A DNA stretch of 64,000 bases, from contig OZ024757.1 of assembly GCA_964016885.1 (NCBI GenBank), positions 15,624,001-15,688,000 of the forward strand, written 5' to 3'. The first letter of the stretch is position 1. The number at the start of each line of letters is the position of its first letter. This document shows positions 1 to 13,080 of this stretch, piece by piece. The stretch is from Eledone cirrhosa. Lineage: Eukaryota. The position numbers and the translations under genes were made by a program. The notes beneath the pieces were generated by a model. That model did not search any database, was not told the origin of the DNA, and saw nothing but the letters and a program-made list of their open reading frames with translations.

Positions 1-200
1 TATCATCATTGTTTAATGTCCATCTTCCACGATAGCATGGGTTGGACGGTTTTGTTCCACTTGAGGCAAGATTGGTCAGGAGACCGTGTCTCGCTCATAC
101 AGAACTGTCCCTGGCAGGTTTTCTATGACTGGCTGCCCTTCCTAACACCAACCACATTTACAGTGTGGACTGGGAGCCTTTTTACCATGTTACCCACACG
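1..200 (-). mobile_element. RTE-type LINE 3'-UTR fragment (related to family RTE-C)
   Basis: Diverged copy of the 3' UTR and (ATG)n tail seen at 27890-28260 and 40752-40957. Confidence 0.7.
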
Positions 201-288
201 GATCTAGCTGTTGAAATGGCTGGAGCTCAGCCGTTGGGGTCCTGAATCTTTTCATATATATATATGAAAAAATTCAGGACCCCAACGG
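201..288. mobile_element. Family D' fold-back remnant carrying the 3' half of a hammerhead
   Basis: CCGTTGGGGTCCTGAAT/ATTCAGGACCCCAACGG inverted around (TA)n; homologous to 40963-41018 and 26868-26923. Confidence 0.6.
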
Positions 289-378
289 ATTTTAGTCTTC
301 AAATTTATTATTATTACTATATATATATTAATAGGGTAAACAAAGAAAGTATGTTTGGAATGCAGTGAGTGAAGTTTA

Positions 379-582
379 TAATTGAAATAGAAGCTTCGCT
401 GTAATATTGACTAAATAATATAGTCTAATAATGGGGTCATATAAACCCACTGAACCTGAAAAAAATGGGTGGCAGTACACATGTACTGATGCGCATCTTT
501 TTTCCATTCAGTGGATCTATATGACCCCATTATTAGACTATATTATTTAGTCAATATTACAGCAAAGCTTCTATTTCAATTA
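379..582. repeat. 76-bp inverted repeat (family G, related to the element at 34691-35138)
   Basis: Arms 379-454 and 507-582 are near-perfect reverse complements; shares ACCCCA...TTAGTCAA..TAC.GC..AGCTT and AATGGAAAAAGATG motifs with 34691-35138. Confidence 0.85.
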
Positions 583-955
583 TTTGTGTGAATTCTAAAT
601 AATATATTGACTGTGTATCATTATCATTATCACAACTTACTCTGACAGTCCTGCAGTTTTATGCTTCTTCATCTCCTTAATTGTTTCTTTGACCCTATAA
701 CTGTCAACTTCAATAGCTAGACCTTCGTTGGGTAAGTTGGGGCTAGTTTTTCTTCGTCCCATTCATTCTCTGCATTCATCAATCTCTCATAGTTATATTC
801 CCATGCCTCTTTCTTTTGAGCATCAGTTGTACTATGTGCACCAGAGTCATTTCTAACATACTTTTCCCTAACTTCATCTAGATTCCACTAACACACTGCC
901 TTATGGTGTGGAACACTTCCTGTCTTTGATCCTCATGTCACAAGACATATAAATA

Positions 956-1296
956 TCATCATCATCATTTCATTTTACGTCCGCTTTTTCCCTGCTTGCA
1001 GGGGTGGGACGGAAACTGATTTTGGCTTGATTTCTACAGCTGGATGCCCTTCCTAACACCAACCTCATTTACAGTGAGTGCTGGGGACTTTTTTGCCGTT
1101 GCACCTCCACGACCAGTTTGCAGTGGAATGATAGGGACCCCAGTCCCTATCATCTCATTTCTACAGCTGAGTAAACTGGAGCAATATGAAATAAAGTGTC
1201 TTGCTCAAGGAAACAGCACATCAAACAGTCTGAGAATTGAACTCACAACCTTTTGATTGCAAGGCCAATGCTCTAACCACTAAGCCATGTGCCTCC
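956..1296 (-). mobile_element. SINE-A (tRNA head, CORE-like domain, RTE-derived tail)
   Basis: Minus strand has A box TGGCTTAGTGG, B box GAGTTCAATTC, CORE-like CCTTGAGCAAGACACTT...CTCAGCTGTAGAAATG and an (ATG)n tail; five similar copies in the window. Confidence 0.9.
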
Positions 1297-1374
1297 AAAT
1301 GTATATATTAAAAGTGTGAATACTAAAATATTATATTGTCTGTGTTTATATGTATATATTAATAAGGGTATAAA

Positions 1375-1695
1375 GGCGGCAAATTGGCAGAGTCGTTAGA
1401 ATGTAGGAGAGAATGATTTATGGTATTCGTTCAGGCTCTCTGCTCTTGGAGTTCAAATCCCACCGAGGACAACTTTGCCTTTCATCCTTTCGAGGTCGAT
1501 AAAAAGAAGTAACAGTCTAGTACTGGAGCTGATTCATCCTCTGTATCTCTTTCTCATTTCCTCTCTCTCACTTTCTATCTTTCTCTGGAAGAAATCTGCT
1601 GTACTCAGTCCTGGAGAGGGAAGGGCTCCATCAGGCTTAAACTGCCCAAGTAATGCCGTATGTCAATATGGTGTCCCTACGACTCTATCAGGATT
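1375..1695 (+). mobile_element. Older Deu/Nin-type SINE with an alternative tail
   Basis: GGCGGCAAATTGGCAG head, GAGTTCAAATCC B box, GCCTTTCATCCTTTCGAGGTCGATAAA domain; tail matches 53817-53935 and 63150-63210 in reverse. Confidence 0.7.
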
Positions 1696-1754
1696 TGTGG
1701 GACCACACATACATCCAATAGGGTATATACGAAAGCATATACAATATGCTTATG

Positions 1755-1878
1755 CAGTGGTGGACTTACCTATAAGCTAAATAAGCTATAGCTTAGAGTT
1801 GCACATCCTCACGGACCTCATTTTTTTAAATACAATTTTTTTTTATCATTGCTTTTTATTCTTTAACACTAAATCATC

Positions 1879-1939
<61 letters not shown>

Positions 1940-2325
1940 CTTTATAGTTAACATTAATATAAAAATAATTAAAAATAGTTGTTTTGGAAGCCTCAACAAT
2001 GCAGATGGGTAAGTCTCCAGTTGTATTGAGAGAGAGATGTAAGAGGAAGTGTAGAAAGAGATATAGAGAGCATAAAAAAACGTAGGAAAAGTGTAAAAAA
2101 TAATAACACGGGATAGAGTTACCTTGGAAGTGATTTAATAGTCCCTATATTTCGGATTTCACATCCATCAACAGGGGGGTTTTCCGAGGGGAAAGAGTTG
2201 TGTCGGAGAAGGACAACACATGGCCTTCATTGTTTACCGTGTGTGTACAAATAATTATATCTTGTTAGAGAAGGGTCTCAAATTTCATATAGCTTAGGGA
2301 TTCAGCAGATGAAAGTCTAGCCCTG
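1755..2325. mobile_element. hAT-like MITE
   Basis: Imperfect TIRs CAGTGGTGGACTT/AAGTCTAGCCCTG flanked by an 8-bp near-duplication TGCTTATG/TGTTTATG. Confidence 0.5.
2143..2177 (-). ncRNA. Degenerate minimal type I hammerhead
   Basis: CCC-CUGUUGA-U-GGAU(GUGAA)AUCC-GAAA-UA-UA/GGG; core A6 changed to U. Confidence 0.5.
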
Positions 2326-2412
2326 TGTTTATGTATAATAAATTTATAAAAGTCTAACTATGAATATTTTAAACTGTGATCACAGCTATCTCAGTAGCCA
2401 TGTGTGAATACC

Positions 2413-2449
2413 AAAGAGCTGTTTCTGGATATTTATCCATCATCAGTTT
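2413..2449 (-). ncRNA. Minimal type I hammerhead ribozyme
   Basis: AAA-CUGAUGA-UGGAU(AAAU)AUCCA-GAAA-CAGC-UC/UUU; intact core, 5-bp stem II, 3-bp stem I. Confidence 0.6.
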
Positions 2450-2514
2450 CATATATTCACTCAGTACTGAGACACGAATAAGCTAAAGTGTTTATAGTTT
2501 TTGCATATGTAACA

Positions 2515-2860
2515 TCAGTTGGGGATGCTCATTAGCATATAGTACAACAAAACAAAAACAAACAAAACATTGGCTGGAGAGTACATTTGCATATAGTGCA
2601 AAAACAAACAAACAAAATATTGGGTGGAGAGCTCGTTTGCATATATTGCAAAAAAAAAAAAAAAAATCAAAATGTTTGGCAGGAGAGGCTCATTTGCATA
2701 AAGTGCAAAAACACTCCCAAAAAGCCTTTGGCTGGAGATGCTCATTTGCATATAGTGCACCCCCTCACAAAAAAAAACAAAAAAACACATAGATTGGACA
2801 TGTTCATTAGCATATAGTACGAACTGGTTACGGTTGGCTGAGACAACATATAATGGAATT
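2515..2860. repeat. ~55-bp degenerate tandem repeat with an octamer-like motif in each unit
   Basis: Six units of TTGGCTGGAGA..CTCATTTGCATATAGT plus an A-rich spacer. Confidence 0.8.
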
Positions 2861-3124
2861 TTATGTTCATCTTCTACATTTTTTTTTATTGTTCCAGAGT
2901 GTGTAGATAGATACATGTAAATATTTAGAAAAATTCTAACCTCAACCGTTATCGATTAAATGAGGCAGTGTTGTAGAAATGTGAGTAAAATTTGCTCATC
3001 TTTCACATCAATAAAGATACACACAAGCTACTGTCTAAGCTGCCAAGCCATAGAAACTATTAATCATGTAAATCATAGCTAATACATTGGTGCAGTAGAA
3101 GACAAAACACATTCTTACTACAAA

Positions 3125-3465
3125 TCATCATTCATCATTTCATTTTACGTCCGCTTTTCCCTGCTTGCAAGGGTGGGACGGGAACTGATTCTGGCTTGAT
3201 TTCTACAGCTGGATGCCCTTCCTAACACCAACCTCATTTACAGTGAGTGCTGGGTGCTTTTTTGCCGTGGCACCTACACGACCACTTTGCAGTGGAATGA
3301 TAAGGACCTCAGTCCCTATCATCTCATTTCTACAGCTGAGTAAACTGGAGCAATTTGAAATAAAGTGTCTTGCTCAAGGAAACAACACACCACCCGGTCT
3401 GAGAATTGAACTCACAACCTTTCGATTGCAAGGCCAATGCTCTAACCACTAAGCCATGTGCCTCC
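3125..3465 (-). mobile_element. SINE-A
   Basis: Full-length copy similar to 956-1296. Confidence 0.9.
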
Positions 3466-3499
3466 ATACACTGTATATATTATGAAAAGTCACATTTGC

Positions 3500-4015
3500 T
3501 TTCGCTTTCTTTTGCCTTATTTTTTTTCTTCTATTTTCTTTCCTCCTTTCTTTCTTTTTTTCTTCTTCCCTTTTTTCTTATTTTTTTCTTTTTCTTCTTT
3601 GCTTCTCCTTCATTGCATTTGTCTTCTTTTTCTTCTCCTTCATTGCCTTCTTTGCCGCCGCCACCTTCTCTTTCTTTCTTTCTTTGCTGCCACCACCCTC
3701 TTTCTTCTCTTTCTTTCTTTTTCACTTTCTTTCACTTCCTTTTTTCTTCTTTCTCTTCCTCTTTTCACTTTCTTCCCCTTCTTCCTATTTTCTTCACTTT
3801 CTTCCTCTTTTTCCTTCACTTCTGCCTTTTCATTCTCCCCTTCTTTTCATTTTCCTTCTCTTCTCTTTCTTCACATGTGTCTTCTTTTTCTATTTTATTT
3901 GTTTATTTTTTCTTCTTCTTTGCTTTTTTCTTTCCTCCATCTTTTTCTCCTCCCCCTCCTCTCCTCATTACTACTACTACCACCACCACCACCACCACCA
4001 CCACCACTACTAGTA
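3500..4015. repeat. Pyrimidine-rich low-complexity tract with (TAC/CAC)n
   Basis: Visible directly in the sequence. Confidence 0.9.
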
Positions 4016-4569
4016 TTTACATTTTATTTTTCTGTTTTGTGTATAGAATAAATTCACTTTCACAGTAATGTTCTTCTTTTAATTGAAAAAAAAAAAAAAA
4101 AAAAACCTGCCAACATTACCAAATTAGGGAATTAAGAATTAGCAGGCAGTTTCCTGTTAGAAACCAATTTTAACTAATTTGACCTCACAATTCAGTGCAA
4201 TATTTGAAATTCGTTTCACTTTTATTTTATGCAAATGGATAGAAATTTACAAGTAAACCCATCGAAGCAAGCATAAGAATTCCATTGTGATCCAGCCTGC
4301 CTTCTTAAATTCTCATTATTGCCACTGACTAACTAACAATTCTCTCTTCTATTCATGCTGTAAATAACATCTGACAGTTATTTAACCTTCTTCATACTAA
4401 CCCCCCTCCTAAACTACCCCAGGTTCCACAGAATTAAACCAACCACCCGGTTTAAAAGAGACTTGCAACTTTACATAATATTTTGTTTTGTTACAAATAC
4501 CACATTAATAACAACTTGTTTCTTCTACAAATCAAGAGGTTTCTCAGCATAACCACAAAAAAAGAGCGT

Positions 4570-5430
4570 GACTTCAATCTTTCACCCCCATTACAACTGA
4601 CAGCCTAGACCATATTAACCTATAGCCCCATGCATCTAGGTTTTCAGGTTCTTCAAGCATCCTAAGACACTTCTTTCTTTCACTCTACTACGGCTGGGTC
4701 CCCTGGTTTTCAGGTATTTTGTGACCCCTCTAGCATTTCAATCTTTCACCCCATTACAGCTGATGCCCTAGACCATATTAACCTATAACCAGGCCTCAAG
4801 GTTTTCAGGTAGCTATAGCAACCTCTGGCACTTCAATCTTTCACCCCATTACAGCTGACAGCCTAAACCAAATTAACCCATAACCAGGTCTCAAGCTTTT
4901 CAGGTACCTCTAATGTCCTCTGGCACTTCAATCTTTCACCCCATTATAGCTGACATCCTAGACCATATTATCCCATTGCAAGGCCTCAAGGTTTTCAGGT
5001 ACATCTAGCACCCTCTGGCAGTTTAATCTTTCACTCCCATTACAAGTGACAGCCTAGACCATATTAAGCCATAGCAAGGCCTCAAGATTTTCAGGCACTT
5101 CAATCTTTCACCCCATTACAGCTGACCTCATAGACCATATTATCCCATAGCAAGGCCTCCATGTTTTCAGATATTTCAAGTATCCTCAGGCACTTCAATC
5201 TTTCACCCTATTACAACTGACAGCCTAGACCATATTAACCCATAGCAAGGCCTCAATATTTTCAGACACTTCAATCTTTCACCCCCATTACAGCTGACAG
5301 CCTAGACCATATTAACCTATAGCCCCATACACCTAGGTTTTCAGGTTCTTCAAGCATCCTAAGACACTTCTTTTTTTCACTCTACTACAGTTGACAGCCT
5401 GGACTGCATTTTCCCATAGCAAGGCCCACC
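4570..5430. repeat. Degenerate minisatellite, ~75-95 bp units, about 10 copies
   Basis: Recurring CACTTCAATCTTTCACCCCATTACAGCTGACAGCCTAGACCATATTAACC core. Confidence 0.9.
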
Positions 5431-5627
5431 TAGCTCTTGGGTTTTTCAGGCTCACTCTAGTACTTTAATCAAGTAATTCTTATCTTCTATTCCTGCAGCA
5501 AATAAAAACAATATCTAACAGCTATTTAACCCTTTTAATACCAATCCACCCCCAAAACTGCCATTAGTTCTACAGAATAAAACCAACCTCCTAAATATAT
5601 ACTCTGTAACCAATAGTGTATTGTTAA

Positions 5628-6135
5628 GGTGCCTGGCATGGTGGTTATGGTGTTAGGTGCAAGATAGTAAGGTTGTGGGTTTGATTCTTGGACTTAGAGG
5701 TGCATTGTATTCTTGAGTAAGACACTTTATTTCATGTTACTCCAGTCTACTCAGTTGTAAAAATAAGTACCAGCAGTGACTAAGAATTAACTCTGTAATG
5801 GACTGTCATCCTATCCTGTAGTCTCTGTTGCTTAACTCAAATGAAACTGGGACAAGCCCTGGCTTGATTAGAGAGCCTTTAAGCTTCTAAAAAAAAGTCC
5901 CAATTCTGTCTTAAGTCCAGACGCTCATCAGTCTGGTGCTTAATCCAGTTTCAGTGGTGTTTAGTAACTAAGATATCAAGACTCCTTCCTAGACAGAGCA
6001 CAAGCTAAAAAAAAAGTCTAAAGTCTATCCCAAACCTAGAGGCTCATCATGGTGTCAAGTGACAGAGATCAAAACTCTCTTCTGGACAAGACCCCAGTCC
6101 ATCACAAAGTTAAACCCCCAGTTACTGCTGGTATT
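5628..6135. mobile_element. Old SINE-M copies (one +, fragments on -)
   Basis: tRNA-like head, CORE-like block and TTAACYCTGYRATGGACTG block as at 58013-58246. Confidence 0.6.
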
Positions 6136-6609
6136 CTAGGCTTGGAACAGACTTTTTAACAATATCAGTTCTGGTTCTATGAAACAGAACCACTCTTTTC
6201 AAAGGGTTCCTATTTAAATTAAAATCTTCCAACATAATTTTATATAAGAACCATATACACATTTACACATTTACTATCTTTAGATGTGTCAGGGTATACC
6301 CTGCCACATGTAAATGCACACAGTATACCCTGTAAAGTGGTCGGTGAGAAGAAGGGCATCCTGACATAGAAGATTTGCCAGACAAAGAGTTGAGAAGACT
6401 CTTCAGCTTCGTCAAAGACATGACAGCTTCCCTAGTATTGATGCCATGATAAAATGCACTTGGTTGTGTGTGGGAACATATGTTGGACCCCTTGGCCCAC
6501 AGCAAAACAAACATTAAACAATGATGATGATGATATCTGAATACTTGAGTACTGAGTGGTCTGTAATGTCATGTGCAACCCTTCCTAGTAAGTAAAAATG
6601 AACATTAAA

Positions 6610-6882
6610 TGATGATGACAATGATGATGATCATGATGATTGATAAATAAACCCTTTCAAATTCTTTGATGATGATGATAAATAAACCCTTTCAAATTCT
6701 TTGGTGTTGATGATGATGATGATAAATAAATCCCTTAAAATTCTTTGATAACGATGATGATGAATAAATCCTTTAAAATTCCTTGATGATGATGATGAGG
6801 ATGAATAAATAAATCCCTTAAAATTCTTTGATGATGTTGATGATGATGATGATGATTATGAATAAATCCCTTAAAATTCTTC
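6610..6882. repeat. ~40-bp tandem repeat (GAT)n-AATAAATCCCTTAAAATTCTTT
   Basis: Six units visible. Confidence 0.85.
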
Positions 6883-7149
6883 ATTAATCAATTAATTGAA
6901 AATACAATGCATTTCGTTAGAAATACAGTGACGAAAGTGTAACAAATCTTTATAGAAAAAGCACCGCAGAAATTTATTGATTTGTTGAAATGGGACACAA
7001 TGGTAACAGATTGGGAACTGGCTGGTTATTTAAATGCTATGTATATATGCAACTATGTGTGTTATCATTTACATAGTGAATTTAGTGACTACTACTACTA
7101 CTACTACTTTTTTTCCCCTCAATCGACATGATCCCAGACCTCATTCAAT

Positions 7150-7355
7150 TGCGGAGTGGAGTGGACCTTGTCAAATCAGACCAAGGAAACAATGTTTCCA
7201 TTTGGTCTTTCCATTGCTGATACTATTTATCAGTCGCAACTCCAGGCAGAAGGAGCAATGTGAAATAAAGTGTCTTGCTCAAGGACACAACGCATCACCA
7301 CCAGGTCCAAGAATTGCAGTCACAATTGCCAATCCAACTCTCTAACCACTAAGCT
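7150..7355 (-). mobile_element. CORE-type SINE with a third tail type
   Basis: Head and CORE as in SINE-A with a different tail; homologous to 22125-22340 and 34055-34240. Confidence 0.7.
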
Positions 7356-7578
7356 ACTACTACAACTACTACTATTACTACTGCTGCTGCTTCTGCTACT
7401 TCTGCTACTACAGCTACTACTACTACCACCACTACTACTGCCACTACTACTACCACCACCATCACTACCACTACTACCACTACTGCCACTACCACTACTA
7501 CCACCACTACTACTATTACCACCACCGCTACTATTACTTCCACCACTACCACCACTACCATATTACAACACCACCACT

Positions 7579-7611
<33 letters not shown>

Positions 7612-7821
7612 GCCATCACTTGCAGTTAAGTATGACTTTGTAGTATGTACCATAAATCTCATAGATTCGATATTATAAGAAATAGGATTTGAACTCAGAG
7701 CCCAACAGAACCAGATCAGATACTATAAACCATCCTATCTGGTTCTTTAATAATTCTGTCATTCTGACATTCCACTGACCCAGGTACTTTTGTTATTAGA
7801 AATCATCATCATCATCATCGT

Positions 7822-8080
7822 TTAACCCTTTGGCATTTAAACCGGACATATCTGGCCAGAATTCTCTCACCTCTTTCTGTTCAAACTTGCAGTAACCAGC
7901 TGCTCATAGTGATGTTAAGGTATTGTTCTCGAAGTAAATTATATCAAAATGTCATAGTTTCGATATTATGTGAGATAATTATGTAAGATAAAGCCTTTAC
8001 CACGAAAATACAATAGTATATAGAGAGTAATCTTCTTCAGCTGAGTTTACACTTGCAAACAAGAGTAATGCAAATGCTAA
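7822..8080 (+). mobile_element. Degenerate TTAA MITE (piggyBac-like)
   Basis: Homologous to 32905-33128; right end decayed. Confidence 0.6.
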
Positions 8081-8278
8081 AATCTAATGATTTAACAACT
8101 CTGCCAAATCAATCAACTGAGTATATGAGTATTACTGTGAATTAGCAGACTCGTTAAACCCTCAGATTAAAATGCTTTACAGTATTTGTTCTGGTTTGCT
8201 GCACTTCAAGTTCAATTACTGTGAAGGACAGTTTTCCCTTACACACACACACACACACACACACACAATAATAATAAT

Positions 8279-8470
8279 AATTGTTTCTACTATTGGCACA
8301 AGGCCAGCAATTACCCAGTACATTACTGGTACTTTATTTTATTGACCCCGTAAGGATGAAAGGCAAAGTTAACCTCGGTGGGATTTGAACTCAGAATGGA
8401 AAGGGCCGTAATTCTATGCGTCAAAGCATGGTGTCCGACCCTCTACCAATACTGCCAACCCACCGCCCTG
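8279..8470 (-). mobile_element. SINE-B (tRNA head, Deu/Nin-like domain, (TTA)n tail)
   Basis: Minus strand has GGCAG..GGTAGAG head, GAGTTCAAATCC and GCCTTTCATCCTTACGGGGTCRATAAAATAAAGTACCAG; about 15 copies in the window. Confidence 0.85.
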
Positions 8471-9659
8471 CCAATCCACAATAATAATAATAAAAATGGT
8501 TTCTTATATAGGCACAAGGCCAACAATTTTGAGGGAAAGGGAAAGTCAATTAAATCAACCCCAGTATGTTACTGGTTCTTTATTTTATCGACCCTCTGTA
8601 AGGATGAAAGGCAAAGCTAACTGTGGCAAGATTTTAATAATAATGAACATTATTGTGTACAGTGCTCAGGTGCACTACAACTCATCAAAGGTGCATGTAT
8701 AATACATAGAATAATGTACAAATGTACAAATGTCAGGAAAGTGAACAGTGTATAAGTCTGGATATACACACAGATACATACTCTTAATATGCTGTAATGA
8801 TTTTGCAGAAAATATATAAAAACAAATTTGTTAATTCACATGTTTGTAGTATCGTTACTACTGGAGAGATTATTGTGAAAATTTGCTGAAAAACTTTAAT
8901 ATTTATGTGATGCAGTCAAAGTTTTGTTTTGTATTTTTTATGAAGGTCTTGCTAATGTGGTTTCATGTGGTTTGTTAATTCAAATATTTATAGTATTTCT
9001 TCTAGTGGACAGATATTTGTAAAAAATTGCAATTTTACAGTAATTTTGCAATTTTACAAATAAAACTATATGCAATGTCTTGCTAAAATGACTCATATCA
9101 TCTGTAGTATCTTTACTAGCGAATAGATCAGTGTGAAAATCTACAGAATTAGAGTAAAGACATCCATATACAATGTGATGCAGTTATAGTGCTGTATTGT
9201 ACTTTCAAAGATTGGCTTTCTGTGGTTTCATGCAGCACGGGATGTTAAAATTTGTGTAATAAATCATATATTACTTATTCTATTCATAAAACAATGTCAT
9301 GTGCCACATTTAAATGACCAAAACAAACCATATATCCAATGGCGCTCCTACAATTCATTTAGAAGTTTAGTTCCTTACAAACAAAATTATGTTTAGATGT
9401 GACTAAAAAAGTGTTAAAGAATTTATGGGTTTTTGTAATTACATATGTTACTGTTTCATCAAGAAAGGAAAACACCATTTTTTTACTTTTATTTTTCCAG
9501 GGTCCCTCAAAAACTGGTTGGAGAAATGGGGGAAGTTATTCTCAAACTGGATCATAATTAGACTTTATGATTGCAACAGAGTGGAATGCCACTAAAGATC
9601 CAATTAAGGACAAGGTGATAACATTAAATCAGGCAAGTGGTTATATTGATAATGAAAAT

Positions 9660-9800
9660 TATTGTGTACAGGGGGAATATCAGGTGTAGTGTTGGCGAAT
9701 TTCAGGAAGCATGGAAGTTTTGAAGGATGCAGTATCCTGACAGCTAACGGCTGATGCAGGTAGTTTTTTCCATGCTTCCGCAACTCTGAGCATGAACAAA
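9660..9800 (-). pseudogene. CR1-like LINE ORF2 C-terminal fragment
   Basis: Minus strand translates FMLRVAEAWKKLPASAVSCQDTASFKTSMLPEIRQHYT*, fitting the CR1 FxxRVxxxWNxLP...FK motif; related pieces at 8635-8770, 19655-19865, 26925-26975 and 49970-50165. Confidence 0.7.
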
Positions 9801-9894
9801 TGTTTTGGAAAGATTGTGTTAAATAAATAATTAATTATATTATAATTAATTATAAATAATTAATAATGCTAAATGACTGAATTAATTGATTACC

Positions 9895-10270
9895 ACAACC
9901 ACATTTGCAGTGTGGAACTGGATGGCATTGTTATGAGGAGGGACAGGCCAGTTGGCCGTGCCAAACTCATCTCACAGTAGTACCATAGTTTTGGAGCCTG
10001 GTACTGGATGGCATTGATACTAGGAGGGACAGGCCAGTCGGCTGCACCAAACCCTCCTCGCAGCAGAGCCACAGTTTGGGAACCACAACCATGTTTACAG
10101 CTCCATGCAGGACCTCACCAATATGGGGAAGGACAGGCCAGTTGGCTGCACTGAGCCCTTCTCATAGCGAGACCACAGTTCAGGTTCCGCAACCACATTG
10201 CAGTGTAGAACTGGATGGCACCACTATGAGGAGGGACAGGCTAGTTGGCTGCACTGAGCCCTTGTCATGC
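9895..10270. repeat. Degenerate GC-richer tandem repeat with a GGGACAGGCCAGTYGGCTGCAC core
   Basis: Core occurs four times; CAACCACATT.GCAGTGT.GAACTGGATGGCA occurs twice. Confidence 0.75.
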
Positions 10271-10334
10271 CCCCACCCCATGGCCCTCCAATTCCACCAC
10301 CTGTGTGTGTGTGTGTGTATGTATATATATATAT

Positions 10335-10800
10335 GATGGCTGCCCCCTTGTTATCGAGTATGGCCATTGCACGATATATAATTATTAATTAATTCTATCG
10401 TGCAATACCTGTGCGTGAAGATATTTTTTAAAGTGAGGAAAGACTGTGCACTGAGCCAATCCCACTCTCTGAGCAACAGTAGCTATAACCAGAAAAGAAG
10501 AAAAGATCAACATCATCGGTAACTACTGAGCCGCAGGTTTTATATCGGAGTTATCCCAGTTTCCTGAGTTGCCTTCTCCTAGAAGAATGCCCTGACAAAA
10601 GCTAGGGGTCCTTCACTCCCAGTGGTTTAACCATGCGGTACATGTGTATATACATATTTACACACTTTCGGATGGGCGTTGACTCATTTGAGTTCTTCCG
10701 CCCTTTGTCAGGTTTTGTTTTTTGTCCTGCAGACCCAACAATGCGACAGGTTGAACTGGGTTACATGTTACCAGTAGCACTCAAGAGTGACCCGCCATAG
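10335..10800 (-). mobile_element. Possible non-autonomous RTE-derived element (UTR-like sequence)
   Basis: GC-richer island between TA/ATG runs with motifs recalled from RTE UTRs; single copy here, so unconfirmed. Confidence 0.3.
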
Positions 10801-10829
10801 AAATATATGATGATGATGATATATATATA

Positions 10830-11347
<518 letters not shown>

Positions 11348-11859
11348 TAGTAGAATAACCGAGAATTGGAATATCAGCCCACGAAATCACGATAAACAAT
11401 ATCCGACACGTGTGGCAGAGGGCTCAATAATTTGGATAAATCAGAGCTATATATATATATATATCATCATCATCATCATTGTAACCATAGTCCAATATTC
11501 CTGACAAAGTCTCTTCATGCTTCACAACCCTCCATTGCTCCTGGGAACTGCTCTCTACTGAGGTTTGTATCATCTGAGGGTTGATCGATGAATGTTCAAG
11601 TAGGTCTTCTACTACATTTCCTATGAGTTGGTAACAACAACAACAAGACAGTAGGTATGTTTCTAGAAGAATCTGTAAGGAGCTCATTAAAAAAAAACAA
11701 AAAAACCCCACCTGTTTATCATAACCACCATTTTATATCTGCTTTTGTGTACTTGCATGGGTTGGATGGGTCCTTTCCAACACAGTATCCTACCATTTGT
11801 AGTCTTTATTCTAAGATTGTATATACACAGGTATGATAATATATAATTTCATATTGTCT

Positions 11860-12255
11860 AGTGAGTGTATACATATGTGTGTGTGTATGTATGTATGTAA
11901 GTATGTATGTATTATGCGTGTATTATGTATGTAGGTAAATGCATTTATGTATGTGTACATGTATGTATGCATATATGTATGTATGCATATATGTATGTAT
12001 GTGGCATGTATGTATGTATGCATATATGTATGTATGTGGCATGTATGTATATATATATGTGTGTATGTGCATGCATGTATGTGTATGTGCATGTGTGTGT
12101 ATATATATATATATATGTATGTATGTATGTGTCTGTGTGTATGTGCATGCATGTGTGTATGTGCATGTGTGTGTATATATGTATGTATGTATCTGTGTGT
12201 ATGTGCATGCATGTATGTGTATGTGCATGCATGTGTGTGCATGTGTATGAGTGTG

Positions 12256-12290
<35 letters not shown>

Positions 12291-12387
12291 ATCTGTGTGT
12301 ATGTGCATGCATGTGTGTGTATGTGCATGTGTGTATATATATATATATGTATGTATGTATGTATGTATCTGTGTGTATGTGCATGCA

Positions 12388-12432
<45 letters not shown>

Positions 12433-12467
12433 CTGTGTGTATGTGCATGCATGTGTGTGTATGTGCA

Positions 12468-12522
<55 letters not shown>

Positions 12523-12840
12523 GTATGTGTGTGGATGTGCATGCATGCGTGTGTGTGTGTGTGTGTGTGTGTGTATTGATTTTTATTCTAGATTGTATGG
12601 GATATACTAAACAGACATTATATTATATTTATAACTGGAGTGAGTGGGGGGAGGGGTGGAAAGAGAAGGGGAGAAATAGGGGATCATGGAGAGAGATGAG
12701 AGGGTAGAGAAAGATAAGATGGTGGAGAGAAAGAGAGAGAGGTATAGAGATACATAGGTGTATATATATATATAGATAGATAGATAGATAGGTATATATG
12801 TATATATATATATATATAGAGAGAGAGATGAGAGAGAGAG

Positions 12841-12885
<45 letters not shown>

Positions 12886-12937
12886 TAGATAGGTATATAT
12901 AGAGAGAGAGAGAGAGAGATAGATAGGTATATATATG

Positions 12938-12970
<33 letters not shown>

Positions 12971-12992
12971 GTATATATATATAGGGAGAGAG

Positions 12993-13080
<88 letters not shown>

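Noticed and set aside
9480-9620. Strong-looking splice acceptor (TTTTATTTTTCCAG) and possible exon
   Set aside because: All three frames stop within about 100 nt and no recognisable protein results. It cannot be supported without RNA data.
11480-11630. Minus-strand ORF segment GNVVEDLLEH...EQWRVVK as a host exon
   Set aside because: It ends in a (GAT)n run and loosely resembles an RTE C-terminus, so it is more likely an old LINE remnant. Too weak to call either way.
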